A program made the translations under genes and the position numbers. From Epithemia pelagica (Eukaryota; Protista; Bacillariophyta): a stretch of DNA of 64,000 nucleotides. Location: contig OX337242.1 in assembly GCA_946965045.2 (NCBI GenBank), forward strand, positions 2,356,001 through 2,420,000, in the 5' to 3' direction. The first letter of the stretch is position 1, and every line of letters begins with the position of its first letter. Below the pieces are notes generated by a model. It did no database searches, was not told where the DNA came from, and worked only from the letters and a program-made list of their open reading frames with translations. This document shows, piece by piece, positions 19,482-30,398 of this stretch.

Positions 19482-21356
19482 TCAAAAGTCGTCGTCGTCT
19501 TCCAAAGAGGCATGGTCATCGATCAACTGGGCCTTGGTTTCGGCACTTTTAATGACTCGAATCAGTCGTTTGGGATTGTACAGCATTCGAGAGAAGGGTT
19601 TCATACAGCTTTGACGTTTCGTGTCGTCCGTATCGCCCGTATCCAACACATCCAAGAGACCACTGGCGCCCGAGGACAGGGACGAAAAGGAATGGTTGGA
19701 GGTCAAGGGTGGTCGTCCCCCATCTCCACCCAAGCCGCCGCCTCGGGCGGCAGCCGCAGGGCCCATGTGGTATCCCATGGGATAAGAGGGAGCCGCCGCT
19801 TCGGACAGGGTCGATTCCTCGTCCAAGGGGATTGGTATAGCATCCTGTGTTTGGGTGATATGGGCGGTGGTGGTATTGGAGGTTTGCGGTGTGTGTGGCA
19901 AGGTGGGAATTTCGTGATCCCCTTCTTCCAAGGGTTCCAATGCCGTCGTCGTCGTCGTCGTCATGGCGGTGGTTGTGGCACTTTGTCGAATGGTCGGTGA
20001 GGTGGAAACTTCCGAGTCGGTCGCCACGGCGGCTTGGGAGGAAGCCAGGGTATCCGAGGCCAATGGCAACATGGAGGATTCTTCGTCTCCTCCTCGAATC
20101 GAGGAGGGAGCTTTGCAGTGTGCCAGGGCAATCACATCCCTACTCGATTCTTCCACCAATTCTCCATAGCCCGAATATTTTTTGGTGCGTCGGCCGCTGG
20201 TTGGTGGTTGGACGGCGGCAGCAGCGGCATGCTCTTGTTCGTCGTCGTCGTGCATGGGTTTGTGGACGGCCGCCGCGGCCAGTCGCCGCCGAGCGGCAAC
20301 CGCCGCCAGGGCGACGGCAGGAATCAACACCACCAGGACGGCCACCAAGACGAGAATCATCCACAACTCGACCGATTCCGTCTCGCCATCCTCCTCTTGT
20401 TCCGTCAGAGAGGAGGCCGGACCTCCCCCCTTGCTGGCCACACTGACAATTTCCACCTCCACCAGAGAAATGTCCGTCATGCCAGCCTCGGTCCAGGCTT
20501 GTTCGAGACGGGTTCGGCCGGACGCATCAAAGACTTGGGTGGTGAGCATGGATTCCGTGGGAGGGACATTCTGCGACGAGCCTTTCCAGGTTCCATCCAC
20601 TGTCACGGTTCCCACGCCCGTTTCCGACGAGTACACCGTGGCCACGCCCAACACGAGGGCATCCTCATTGTTGTTATTATTGTTGGTAGTGGTGCCCAAC
20701 AGTTGGTCCTGAAAAAAGTCCGTCACGACGGTTTCCAGTGTGGCCTGATCCAATGTCGTTCCCGGTGGGAGGGCAAAGGTGAGGACTGTGGCGGGAAGAG
20801 TGGCCACGGCTGCGGATGGACCCGACGGTGCGTCGGTGGTGGAGGTTTGGTCGGCGGGCACGGCCGGTTGCCGGGTGGTGGGTGGGGAGGAGGACGGAGA
20901 TGAGGATGGAACTCGTGTGGTGATTGTGGTTGTGGGTGCCATTGTGGAAACGACTGAAACGGGTGCGGGTGTGGGAGCTGGGAGTGGTGATTGGGTGGGT
21001 CCTGGCGTCGTCGGAGCAGGGGGGACGGGTGGTGACCAACTGGGTTGCGTGGTGGTGGGCAAGTAGGTGGGTGTCCGTGTGGTGGGTCGATGCGTGGGCC
21101 GAGAGGACGATGGTCGGGCCGATGGTTGATACGAGGGAGCCGCGGATGGCACCATGGACGGTCTGTAGCTGGGTGGACTGCTTGCATCGTCATTCTTCTT
21201 GTCGTCCTTGTTCTTGTTGCCCTTGGCATCTTCTTCTTCTGGATCGTCATTGGCCCGCACCAGGAGAATACTACTACTACTGTACCAGGGATCCAACCAT
21301 AGGACTACCAACAGGATCCAGACCACAAACTGTCGTGGTTGTCGTACTACCGCCAT
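19482..21356 (-). CDS. Type I membrane mucin-like protein, paralogue of 16809..17840
   Basis: Likely start MAVVRQPRQ; signal segment, KDDKKND charged linker, PSYxPS repeats, TM helix LWMILVLVAVLVVLIPAVALAAV then RRRL; longer cytoplasmic tail. Confidence 0.75.
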   Translation of the reverse strand: MAVVRQPRQFVVWILLVVLWLDPWYSSSSILLVRANDDPEEEDAKGNKNKDDKKNDDASSPPSYRPSMVPSAAPSYQPSARPSSSRPTHRPTTRTPTYLPTTTQPSWSPPVPPAPTTPGPTQSPLPAPTPAPVSVVSTMAPTTTITTRVPSSSPSSSPPTTRQPAVPADQTSTTDAPSGPSAAVATLPATVLTFALPPGTTLDQATLETVVTDFFQDQLLGTTTNNNNNNEDALVLGVATVYSSETGVGTVTVDGTWKGSSQNVPPTESMLTTQVFDASGRTRLEQAWTEAGMTDISLVEVEIVSVASKGGGPASSLTEQEEDGETESVELWMILVLVAVLVVLIPAVALAAVAARRRLAAAAVHKPMHDDDEQEHAAAAAVQPPTSGRRTKKYSGYGELVEESSRDVIALAHCKAPSSIRGGDEESSMLPLASDTLASSQAAVATDSEVSTSPTIRQSATTTAMTTTTTTALEPLEEGDHEIPTLPHTPQTSNTTTAHITQTQDAIPIPLDEESTLSEAAAPSYPMGYHMGPAAAARGGGLGGDGGRPPLTSNHSFSSLSSGASGLLDVLDTGDTDDTKRQSCMKPFSRMLYNPKRLIRVIKSAETKAQLIDDHASLEDDDDF

Positions 21357-22405
21357 TGTGTAGAATCCTTTTACGTCTGCTGCTGCTGATGATGATGAGG
21401 AATGTGTCCTTGGTCGAGATCCACAACTCACAAAGAATGGGACTTGGTTGGTTGGTTGGTAGAGAGTAGAAAGAGAGCGAGAGAGAGAGAGAGAGACCTC
21501 CCGAATGGATCTCACGAGACGACGGCGGAGGAATTTTCAGCCACAGCCAAACTTTGTGGAACCAAAGAATGAAATTGGTTCGTCCCGGTTTGCTTTGATC
21601 TTCTTTGGTTTGAACCGACCGACCGTTGATGCTAGTAGTTCAAACTGAGATCTATGCACGCAGTGAGACCGACGCGCATCAACCGAACCAGAGCACTTGC
21701 AATTCTTATAGGGCAATATAAGAAATCATAGGGTTTCTTAGACGAATGTCGGACTCCCCGCAAGACCAAATCCCAACTGTAGGCACGACCGCGCGAAGGG
21801 GAGTGTACACTACAATTGATAGAGAGAGGCATAACGGAAGTGCAAGGTCCGACGGTTCGCTCTCAAGACTGAGAACGCCGGACGAACAAACGTTGTCCGA
21901 AAGAGTCGAACCTCGCCACGGGAACGAACACAACAGTGTGTGTTGGGAACACGACCCACCACGAACCACAACGGGACATGTTGCACTCCCTGCAGACAGT
22001 GTCTTGGAATATGTCTACTGGGTTTCGTAGTAGTAGTCACATGTAGTATTCCGAAAGCATCCAGCATACAATATGGAGAGGATCTTACAGCCCACCCCAA
22101 CCACAGTCGTTCCCCGAAATTCAATACAGGAGAGAAGTGACAGGACAAACACACAAGCACCTAGGTAGTATCGAACAATCATGTATAGTGCCAGATCATG
22201 CTCCGAATGCACTACAAGGACCGAGAATGAAACACACTCTGGTCATGCGTAATGACACACAACAACAACAAAAGCAACAACAACAGGAAAAATATGGGGA
22301 CTGAGAGTTTCAACAATATACTGACATGGGATTTAACAATCATACGCATCTTTGAGATGGAATCGATACATGGTTGACAGTACATGTGAACATAATATGA
22401 AGCAC

Positions 22406-24142
22406 TCATGGCGTTGATTCCTTTTCCAAGAGGAGCCTTTGTACGCCATTCCAAAATTTGGCCGGAGCCTGTACCGTGGGCGTCGGAACCCATTTCCAAT
22501 TGTCACGTTGATACATGTGCGCAAAGTGCGGATTTCGAGTATTTCCCTCCAATTCATAGGGTTGCTTGGAAAACATGAGACGGACAAAGGTGCGGGGAAT
22601 CGCCGTCAAGGATCGGTGCGTCGCCACGGCATGGGGACAGTAGCCATCCATCATGGCAATGTCAAAGGGTTGGACCACACTGGCCTTGGGTTTGTGTGTG
22701 GTTCGTGTGGCCATGGCCACCCAAAAATCATGATGCTCCCGGTCCAACTCGTGCACCAGGCCCCCAAAGTCATCTTGCACGTAAAAGACGGGTGGCACCG
22801 CACTGCAGGCCAGATAAATAATTTCATTGGTTTCGCTTCCACGACGCCCTTGTACCAACGGAGAATGTTTGTGGGAAAAGAATCCATCGGCATGAAGCCC
22901 GGGGCGACGTTGGGTTCCCCAGGGCGGTACCATGCCCACATTGACAGTCAAGTAGGCAAAGTACTCGTGGAACGCTTGAGAGTGCATCGAAAAGTGAGTC
23001 ACCGACTTGACCAGAAATTCGTGCACGGTGAGGGTCAGCTCTTGAGGTACCAAAACATTTTGTCCTGGAGCCTTGATCATCATATCTTGGCACTGAAAGG
23101 CTACCGCAGTTGTTCCTTCGTTTACGGCTGCTTCTTCTTCTTTGTCATGACCGGAACAAAAGGCATCCCGGTCCACAATTTGGTCCACAATCACGGGATC
23201 GCTCTTGGGAGGTTCAAAACGCCCCAGATCAAATTCGCCATCAATTGAGTCTAAATTTGAATTGATCGTTGGATGGGAAGAAGATGCATAGGACCTTTGG
23301 TATCGATCCTGCAAGTCCGAATCGATCGACACGAGACACGCCGATTGGTGTTTGTCAAAGGGGTCTACATTTCCCCGCCGAATACATTTGGAACTATACT
23401 TGGGAACGTATTTGGGGACCCACGTCATGCGACGGGTATCCAGTTTGTCGTAAGTGGCCTTCTCCAGAACAAGGGCCATTTCGTCAGCAATCTGAGACGT
23501 GCTGGTTGTGGATCCATGAGAAAACTCGTGACGGCAAATCAAATCGTCGTGGTCTCGCAGAAATCGCTCCACACGTGGGTTGTGTAGAGTGTTTGCGAGA
23601 TGGAAAAAGTGTGTCGGTAACACCTTGTCCTTTGCTTCCCAGTGTTCTTCAAGGTTCAAGTACGATTCTGGAACGAGCATGACAGTCAGTGGACCCTGGG
23701 AGATTCGCCCCTCATTCATTTGTTCCGTCACGATTTTCGTATATGTATTTGTCTCCTCGACTGTTTCGCCTTCCGGTGGAATGACAATCTTGAAACGACT
23801 GGGCATGTTCTGAAGCTTCCGTACACTGTCTTGCAGAGAAGTGTGACTTTGGAGTCCCCATAGGATCACATAACGGACATGCGGTGGAGCCAAACGAAAC
23901 TGTTCGTCCCGTGGAGGAAGAGAAGATGGATCTAATTGTAACGGAGGCAAGAGGCCTGTAGATTCCAGTAGTTGACGAGGCTCTTTGGAGCCGTACCCGC
24001 CTCTGCCAAGAACACCGTCTGGTGGTACGAGACTGGAACGCATTGGCAGATTACTCAACTTGCGCAAAAACTTTGATACAATCCTGGAGTTGAAAAGAAT
24101 TTTCTCCCAGAGATCTGACCTGGCAAATTTCAGAGACCTCAT
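22406..24142 (-). CDS. Protein with C-terminal 2OG-Fe(II) dioxygenase-like (double-stranded beta-helix) domain
   Basis: QRRPGLHADG (HxD), distal His in GYCPHAV, and RTFVRLMFS (2-oxoglutarate-binding Arg strand). Confidence 0.6.
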   Translation of the reverse strand: MRSLKFARSDLWEKILFNSRIVSKFLRKLSNLPMRSSLVPPDGVLGRGGYGSKEPRQLLESTGLLPPLQLDPSSLPPRDEQFRLAPPHVRYVILWGLQSHTSLQDSVRKLQNMPSRFKIVIPPEGETVEETNTYTKIVTEQMNEGRISQGPLTVMLVPESYLNLEEHWEAKDKVLPTHFFHLANTLHNPRVERFLRDHDDLICRHEFSHGSTTSTSQIADEMALVLEKATYDKLDTRRMTWVPKYVPKYSSKCIRRGNVDPFDKHQSACLVSIDSDLQDRYQRSYASSSHPTINSNLDSIDGEFDLGRFEPPKSDPVIVDQIVDRDAFCSGHDKEEEAAVNEGTTAVAFQCQDMMIKAPGQNVLVPQELTLTVHEFLVKSVTHFSMHSQAFHEYFAYLTVNVGMVPPWGTQRRPGLHADGFFSHKHSPLVQGRRGSETNEIIYLACSAVPPVFYVQDDFGGLVHELDREHHDFWVAMATRTTHKPKASVVQPFDIAMMDGYCPHAVATHRSLTAIPRTFVRLMFSKQPYELEGNTRNPHFAHMYQRDNWKWVPTPTVQAPAKFWNGVQRLLLEKESTP

Positions 24143-24151
24143 CTTTATCCA

Positions 24152-25906
24152 GTGTTGCGATTGGTAGTCACATGTACCACTTCACTTGGAACGTCGTTGT
24201 TTCCTTCTTCCATGTCTTTGTATGTAAGCAGTAGACGGATTTTCATTGTAGCTTTGAAGATACCTGACATGCCATCTTCAACCACCGAAGACCCATTTTT
24301 ATGGGCTGGTTCGATTGGGGCAGGACGGGATGCGACAGCACCAGGTAGATGCCATTCTCAACCAAGTTCATGGTTTTCATCTTCGGATTTGATTGGCGGC
24401 GAGAGTTTGGTGGGTAGCATAGATAGCATCGTAACCCATCCAGAGCCCCATCGCGGAGCCATACATGAAGATGTGAGTCATCGTCGACCGTCGTCGCATC
24501 CATCAAAAATTGTGATGACAACACCACACATCGTCATGAGCCCAACAAACAGGACACGGCTCCTCTTGAAAGAAGTAAGATGGGATCCGAGGGTAGAGCA
24601 GATCTGTCGTTCTGCATTCCTGATCTTTGCTGGCGGCAGTGCTGTCGTAGCTACTTTGGATACGATTTATCATCATCAACAAGAATCGGAGAATCTACTG
24701 AACGAGAGAAAGCGAGAGACGAGCCAAGGGAGAAACTTCACTGGTCTGGAAATTCCTTACTCTGCTCTCCGCTTTTCTTTGTCTCCCTATGAGAGATCCT
24801 TCTTCTCGTTATCGGTTCATCCTCATGTCCTACACCTCTCATGCACGTCTTGTGCGCGGGCCGTCGAAAGAGATTGCCCTCCAAGCGAAGAATTATCAGG
24901 GACAAGAAATGACGACATTGTAGTCGACCCATCATGGTTCCGACGCACTTTGAATTGGTTTCGTGTTTGGGATCTACCCTTTCCTCGGATTGTCCGACCC
25001 GGTGATCCGTCGTTGAAAGTACCAGCTCGACTTTTGAAACAGCGTGAACGTGACGAGCATAAACTTCGTGAATTGCAAAGAGAGCTTGAGCAGTTGTTGG
25101 AGCGATCGAAGTCATCACGACAAGGCAAAGCAACCAATAGTGTTTCGAAAAGTGATCAGCAGTTGCTGGGATCGCTAGCCACTCAGCAATATCAAATATT
25201 GTATGGCCCCAATGTCACACCTCAAGATCGCATGGACTTTTTGGCTCAGTATGGATGCACTGCTTGGACGTCTCCCTGTTTACAACGATTGGTACAATTG
25301 GGGGAGGGAAGGGGATTTGTCGAGGTTGGTGCAGGACATGGACAATGGGCTAGGGCCATTGAAGAGGAGCGCCGAACTCGCCTACAGTTACAACGGTTGG
25401 AGAAAGCAGTTCCAAATGCCGTCATTGGCAACCATGATCCTCGTGATTTTGTGCTGGCATATGACGATTGGAGTCGATTGCCATTGGACCCAACTGTTTA
25501 TCATCCCAAGACGAGACCTCATGCAGCTTATTTTGGAAAGGTACATCGGCTTAATCGTGAAAAGTCGATATCTCCAGCAGAATCGTTGTCGGTTCTGTTG
25601 AGTCAATGGAAGCATCGGGGGCGCATATTGTTGCTAGTATATCCAACGCCATCCTTGGCGATCCAATCGCTGGAAGCCTATTCGGCAATGGGACCTGAAA
25701 ATGACACAGTCGTCTACGTAGGCGAAGGTCGTGGAGGGGCTAATGCAAGTGACGATTTTTTTGACTTTTTGGAGACAAGTGGAGACGATCGAGATGGCAA
25801 AATTCGCTGGGTGTTGCTCGATGTTTTGCAGGTTCGACCGTTTGGAACCAAAGGCTTTGAACAGTTGTACATATTCCAAAAGATGAAAGAGAATGATCAA
25901 AGGTAA
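24152..25906 (+). CDS. Class I SAM-dependent methyltransferase-like protein (start codon uncertain)
   Basis: Motif I FVEVGAGHGQWA, acidic motif II VLAYDD, LLLVYP, VVYVGEGRGGANA. Confidence 0.7.
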   Translation: MLRLVVTCTTSLGTSLFPSSMSLYVSSRRIFIVALKIPDMPSSTTEDPFLWAGSIGAGRDATAPGRCHSQPSSWFSSSDLIGGESLVGSIDSIVTHPEPHRGAIHEDVSHRRPSSHPSKIVMTTPHIVMSPTNRTRLLLKEVRWDPRVEQICRSAFLIFAGGSAVVATLDTIYHHQQESENLLNERKRETSQGRNFTGLEIPYSALRFSLSPYERSFFSLSVHPHVLHLSCTSCARAVERDCPPSEELSGTRNDDIVVDPSWFRRTLNWFRVWDLPFPRIVRPGDPSLKVPARLLKQRERDEHKLRELQRELEQLLERSKSSRQGKATNSVSKSDQQLLGSLATQQYQILYGPNVTPQDRMDFLAQYGCTAWTSPCLQRLVQLGEGRGFVEVGAGHGQWARAIEEERRTRLQLQRLEKAVPNAVIGNHDPRDFVLAYDDWSRLPLDPTVYHPKTRPHAAYFGKVHRLNREKSISPAESLSVLLSQWKHRGRILLLVYPTPSLAIQSLEAYSAMGPENDTVVYVGEGRGGANASDDFFDFLETSGDDRDGKIRWVLLDVLQVRPFGTKGFEQLYIFQKMKENDQR

Positions 25907-26807
25907 GTCACTACGAGGAGTTCCGGTAGGGCTGATCTTGTGAAATAGCGTGGCTGTGTTTCGTCGAGCAAGAGCGTTTATGCGGTCCCCACACCCAGGC
26001 GAGTTCTTTACCACGCGAAAGAAAGCAAAAGATGTAGCGATGTCGGGAATGAGAAGCATTTACTTGGTGCTTTCAATCACTGTTCTCAACCGTATTGTTG
26101 CATTCATTCATTGTTCATGTAGGTAGACTTTCCGCTGCATCGGCTTAAGAAAGGAAAAAAGCCATAGTATTCCACAAGATGAATTTGTCGATGGAGAACT
26201 ACATCAGTTTCTGTGTATCCTACTTTCTTGTGTTGATCTATTTTTAACAACATCGTTCAAAACGCTGTTAACACCGGCGAACGGCGAAGGGCACGCGAGT
26301 ACTCCTAGGAAATAACGCTCACATTTACCATGTACGACTCCTACCTGAAACGAGAAATCTATAAAAGGATTAGAATATCTATATATCTTATCATCATGGG
26401 TGTAGGGTGGCAAACACCGACAAAAGAAAGCATTGATGAAACTTCCATTATGGCTATGTTCCAACAAAATGAGTGCCTCTAGGCTCGGTAGCTCTACTTC
26501 CAGGAGTATAGGTTCAGGGAATACTCCCTATCGCCGTCAGATTTTCGATCAGAATGAGAATGAATCGTTGATCAACACATTAACTTCCTCTAGAGCGAAG
26601 CTACCATATTACATCGCTAGAGCGTACTATGCACCTGGCACCCTGCGATTCTTGACAAGAGAAATACGTGTCCCTCTGTGTCAACTTTCAGATTTCAGAT
26701 TCTTCATTGTGGCCTCGGTGTTTGGTGTTGGCAAAGAGACGACGGTTAGTTTGCGGACCTCACGGCAGCATCTGTTCGTTTCCTTAGGTGTACCACAACA
26801 TATCAAC

Positions 26808-27851
26808 ATGAGCAGATCCCTTCGTCGGTCGAGACGAGCTCCCAAGAAAGTCTCTTCCGAGTATCAGGTTGGCGATTTTGTGGAGGTGAGTGCGGCGAGC
26901 GCATGATAGGGAACGATGGGGATGCACAACACGTGTCGGTCCTTGGCTCTCTTACGGAAATACTTGTGATATTTCATGGTCTACAATATATAGGTAATCC
27001 GTGCGTCGGGTCAACCTGCCCGAGGCACACTGGTGCAGCTATTGACGTCCGTGGGCACAACGAGGAATCCTCGATGGTTGGTGGAATTTGACACCCCTCC
27101 CTTCAAGGAAGAAGTTTACGAACACATGTTCAGTAAAAGTGGCGATGAGCTGGCTGAGTTTGGGCCTGCGCCAGGAGGGAATGCTCCTTCTCCAGGCTCC
27201 ACAACAGGTACCGACCGGGTGTCCAAGAGAGTTGCGGCAGGGTCCAAAAAGGCCAAGGCCGGTAGTGGTGAAAGTGGAAGTGGGGAAGACAGCAAATCAG
27301 CCGGGATGAAGCCAGAAGACAGTGATGCAGGGAAATCGAACAGTCCCAGTAGCAGCGCGAATAATGGCTCACAAAAGAGGAAAGCTGTCTCGTTCCTCAA
27401 TAACTCTCCTTCGGCCGCGGGTGTTTCGGACGGATCCTCGTCACAACAGCCTTTGCGTTCCAGTCGACCAAGCCGGACAAGCAACAATCAGGGAACTGCT
27501 GCATCTTCTAGTGGCGGAAAATCCGCTTCCAGTAAGAAGATGACTGCACGCGAAGCGAGAAGTCGTCGACGACAGGCTCTCATGTCGGACCCGTCCCTTC
27601 CACCCAGAGCTGCCCCGACAGCTACGACGACGACAGCAACTGGTACGAAGCGCAAGATTTCCGGAGCGGCTGCCATGGCCATGCGAAACAAACGAAAACG
27701 AGTTGCAGCGGCTGCAGCTGCAGCTGCTTCGGGTTCTCGAAATTCGGGGGCTGATGCCGATGGCCCTGTGACCAAGGTCAAGTTCTTGACAGGGACTTTG
27801 TATATCTACAAGGGACGACGTCGCCGAGTAAAGTTTATTCGGCGAGTTTAG
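26808..27851 (+). CDS. Two-exon basic protein with N-terminal Tudor/SH3-like barrel (exons 26808-26885 and 26994-27851)
   Basis: GT-AG intron 26886-26993 (GTGAGT...TATAG) joins in frame to give YQVGDFVEVIRASGQPARGTLVQLL...RWLVEFD; low-complexity middle; C-terminal VKFLTGTLYIYKGRRRRVKFIRRV. Confidence 0.7.
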
Positions 27852-28064
27852 GAAGGACTCGACTGGTATCCCGTCGATATCATGCACAGTCATTACACCA
27901 TCATGATCATGTAACTAAAGGGTTAAATTAGTGTCTGCATGTCCTTAAAACCCCTTTCCGTGTCTTGAGATAGATTCGATCTGCGGAAAGTGAAAAAGGG
28001 CACATCTCGAGAAGCACCAACATCCATATGCATACATTTATTCATAGATCACTGTCAAATCATG

Positions 28065-29780
28065 TTACAAGAGGTGTGAAAGCATAATCACACCATGCAA
28101 GGCGGCCTTTCGGAGTTCCACATCGCCATCTTGCGAGACACCATAAGCAGCAAGTGTCGCCACGCAATTCTTATACTTGGCAATGCGCTCTCGTGACGGT
28201 TCTTGGCTAGCCAATGTTAAGATACCTTGCACAGAGAGACGCGCTGCCACTGTGGGAGGTGTACTGGTCTTGGACATGGGGGACGGACGTTTGCTGCTGG
28301 TGCAGCGAATACGTGCATTGAGCAAGAGAGCTTCCAACAGCTGGCAATTATATCCCAGCAATTTGGCATTCATTCGTTGCGAAGCCAATTGCGAGATAAC
28401 CAATGTCGCTTTCTCACGTACGCGTCCCACGGGGTCTTTTACCAGCATCACAATTGATCGGAGCATGGCCGGTGTCCGCGCGAGGAAGAATTGGTTGAGT
28501 TTGTCAATGGCCTGACCTTGAAAGGCCTTGGCCGCCCAATACCGAACAGCGGCAGAAGACGAAAGTGACATGGAGGTCAGAGCATCCATTAGATTTGAGT
28601 GACACGGTTCATTCACTGAAGTGGATCGGCAGAGAGATTCCACGAGTCGGGCCGTTTGAACTTCTGTAATGCTCCGAGATCCATCCATGTCTTTGTTGGA
28701 TCCACCGGGCCTCATCAGAGAGTCATTGGAAAGAAGCACAAGCATTTTGCTCTTGTGCTTTGGAGCTTTTCTCCGGACAATTCGGTGCAATGAAGGGAGC
28801 GCCAAACTTTGGAGTTCTGGTACCTTGGCAGCTTTCAACAGTGCTTTCAACGCAGTATCATTCGCGGTTGTGGTGAGCACCTGTACACTCGCAGCGTCAA
28901 ATGAGAGCATCCACAAGGTTCCCAGTGCTTCCTTGCGAATTTCAATGCTGGGATGGACAGAACACGTCAACAAAAGCTTTACGAATCCCTTTGTTTTGGT
29001 AAGACGTAACTTGTTGCGTGTGTCCCAAGAAAGCTTTCTGCAGAATCGCATCACCAGAAAATTCAAGGTTGCACAGCATTGCTTCCTTCCTTTTGCACAA
29101 ACGGTGGACGCCTTTACAACATCCCGTGATAGATCAGGAATATCCATGAGTCTCTTCTTGTTTTCTTCATGGCGGGCTAGTCCATCGAGTAACCGCATTG
29201 CTTCTCGAGAAAGAAGAAATTGATTCGCATTTGGTTCAGAAAGTTGGTTTCTTTCGTGCTCATCACAAAGAATTCTTTGCAAGACCATGATCAACCTCTC
29301 CCCTTTGTCAATCCGATCCAACTTGAGACTAAGCTTTGAAATTCTATAGACGACAGATTTGGCCCAATTGTTCTTTCGTCGCTTGTGCTTGGTCACAAGG
29401 CCTTGTACTGATTCAGCCCGATGGTGGTCGACCACTATCCAGAGCAAGGTGGGAACAAGGGCATGTGCCACAGTCTCGAGAGCATTCATAGCATACGAGT
29501 CACTGCATTGCAAAAATAGCAGTAACAGCAAACAGAACTTTTGGACTTGATCCAAAGGCAAAACGACCGATTTGTTGACCCAAGGCTGGTAAGCTTTGAC
29601 AAGATATCGAGAAAGCAATTGCACAACACCGAGCTTTGCCACTTCATTGTGAGCAGGTACATCTTGTTTCTCGGCCATAGAAATTGCCAGTTCCAGATCT
29701 TTCTCCAAACCCAATTTCTCGCGCTTCTTACGAACAAGCGCTTCCAAGAGGACTGGCAGTTTCTCTTTGTAAGACGCCAT
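28065..29780 (-). CDS. Armadillo/HEAT-repeat protein
   Basis: Repeated amphipathic helices such as IRKEALGTLWMLS, VREKATLVISQLA and LRKAALHGVIMLS. Confidence 0.75.
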   Translation of the reverse strand: MASYKEKLPVLLEALVRKKREKLGLEKDLELAISMAEKQDVPAHNEVAKLGVVQLLSRYLVKAYQPWVNKSVVLPLDQVQKFCLLLLLFLQCSDSYAMNALETVAHALVPTLLWIVVDHHRAESVQGLVTKHKRRKNNWAKSVVYRISKLSLKLDRIDKGERLIMVLQRILCDEHERNQLSEPNANQFLLSREAMRLLDGLARHEENKKRLMDIPDLSRDVVKASTVCAKGRKQCCATLNFLVMRFCRKLSWDTRNKLRLTKTKGFVKLLLTCSVHPSIEIRKEALGTLWMLSFDAASVQVLTTTANDTALKALLKAAKVPELQSLALPSLHRIVRRKAPKHKSKMLVLLSNDSLMRPGGSNKDMDGSRSITEVQTARLVESLCRSTSVNEPCHSNLMDALTSMSLSSSAAVRYWAAKAFQGQAIDKLNQFFLARTPAMLRSIVMLVKDPVGRVREKATLVISQLASQRMNAKLLGYNCQLLEALLLNARIRCTSSKRPSPMSKTSTPPTVAARLSVQGILTLASQEPSRERIAKYKNCVATLAAYGVSQDGDVELRKAALHGVIMLSHLL

Positions 29781-30163
29781 TTAATCAAACCAAAGCTGAT
29801 ACAAAGATTTTCTCCGTACGTTCAGATGCTAATGATAAAAAGTGGCAGAAGACAATTTGGTATCGCTTTTGCTTTCGATTCGAAAAAACCTTGCCGTTGG
29901 TCACATAGCAGAATTGTATGTGCTAGGAAACGAGTGATTGACAGGAGGAATTCATCCACTTATTATAGAGTGTGAATTTCTCCAGCAACTCAAAAAGATA
30001 TCGAATGTGTTGGTTCCCCAAGTGCATGATCGAAAGTCGAACTTGCAACTGAAGACAGCGATACGCAACAACAGAAGGGCTCCCTCTCCCTCGCCATGGT
30101 GACGTTGACCTTACTGTCATAGTATTAATACTTCCCGGTGTCGAGTCCTTTCAAGGAGGGACC

Positions 30164-30264
30164 GCCCGGCGCGGAGGGTAGAATGACGAGGAGGGCAATG
30201 GTCGAGGAGGGCGCATGCCCAACAAGACAATTGCCCGTCGATTCATTCTCCCGACAAGCCGGGC
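30164..30264. repeat. Nested foldback with GA(C/T)CGAGGAG-type loops
   Basis: Stems GCCCGGC/GCCGGGC, AGAATGA/TCATTCT, GGGCAAT/ATTGCCC, GGGC/GCCC; loops GACGAGGAG and GTCGAGGAG. Confidence 0.75.
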
Positions 30265-30355
30265 GCGCCCGACGCGAGAGGACGGCCAGACACAGGGAAG
30301 TAGTAAACTTACTCCCTATCTGGCTGTGTTGGTAGTGAGAAATTTCTTGAAGCCA

Positions 30356-30398
30356 TGTCACAAAGTGTCACACACGTGTCACACAAGTGTCACACACG
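30356..30398. repeat. Tandem ~11-bp repeat (TGTCACACAxG) x4
   Basis: TGTCACAAAG TGTCACACACG TGTCACACAAG TGTCACACACG. Confidence 0.9.

Noticed and set aside
17839-21495. (GAT)n, (TGA)n and (GA)n tracts
   Set aside because: Ordinary microsatellites near gene starts.
21747-21852. Possible structured ncRNA (GTCGGAC/GTCCGAC and CTCCCC/GGGGAG stems)
   Set aside because: Only two short stems and no recognisable family motif; insufficient support.
18405-23682. Long antisense or alternative-frame ORFs (e.g. 18405..19091, 20034..20903, 22439..23248)
   Set aside because: They are shadows of recognisable genes on the other strand or frame, in GC-rich or repetitive coding DNA.
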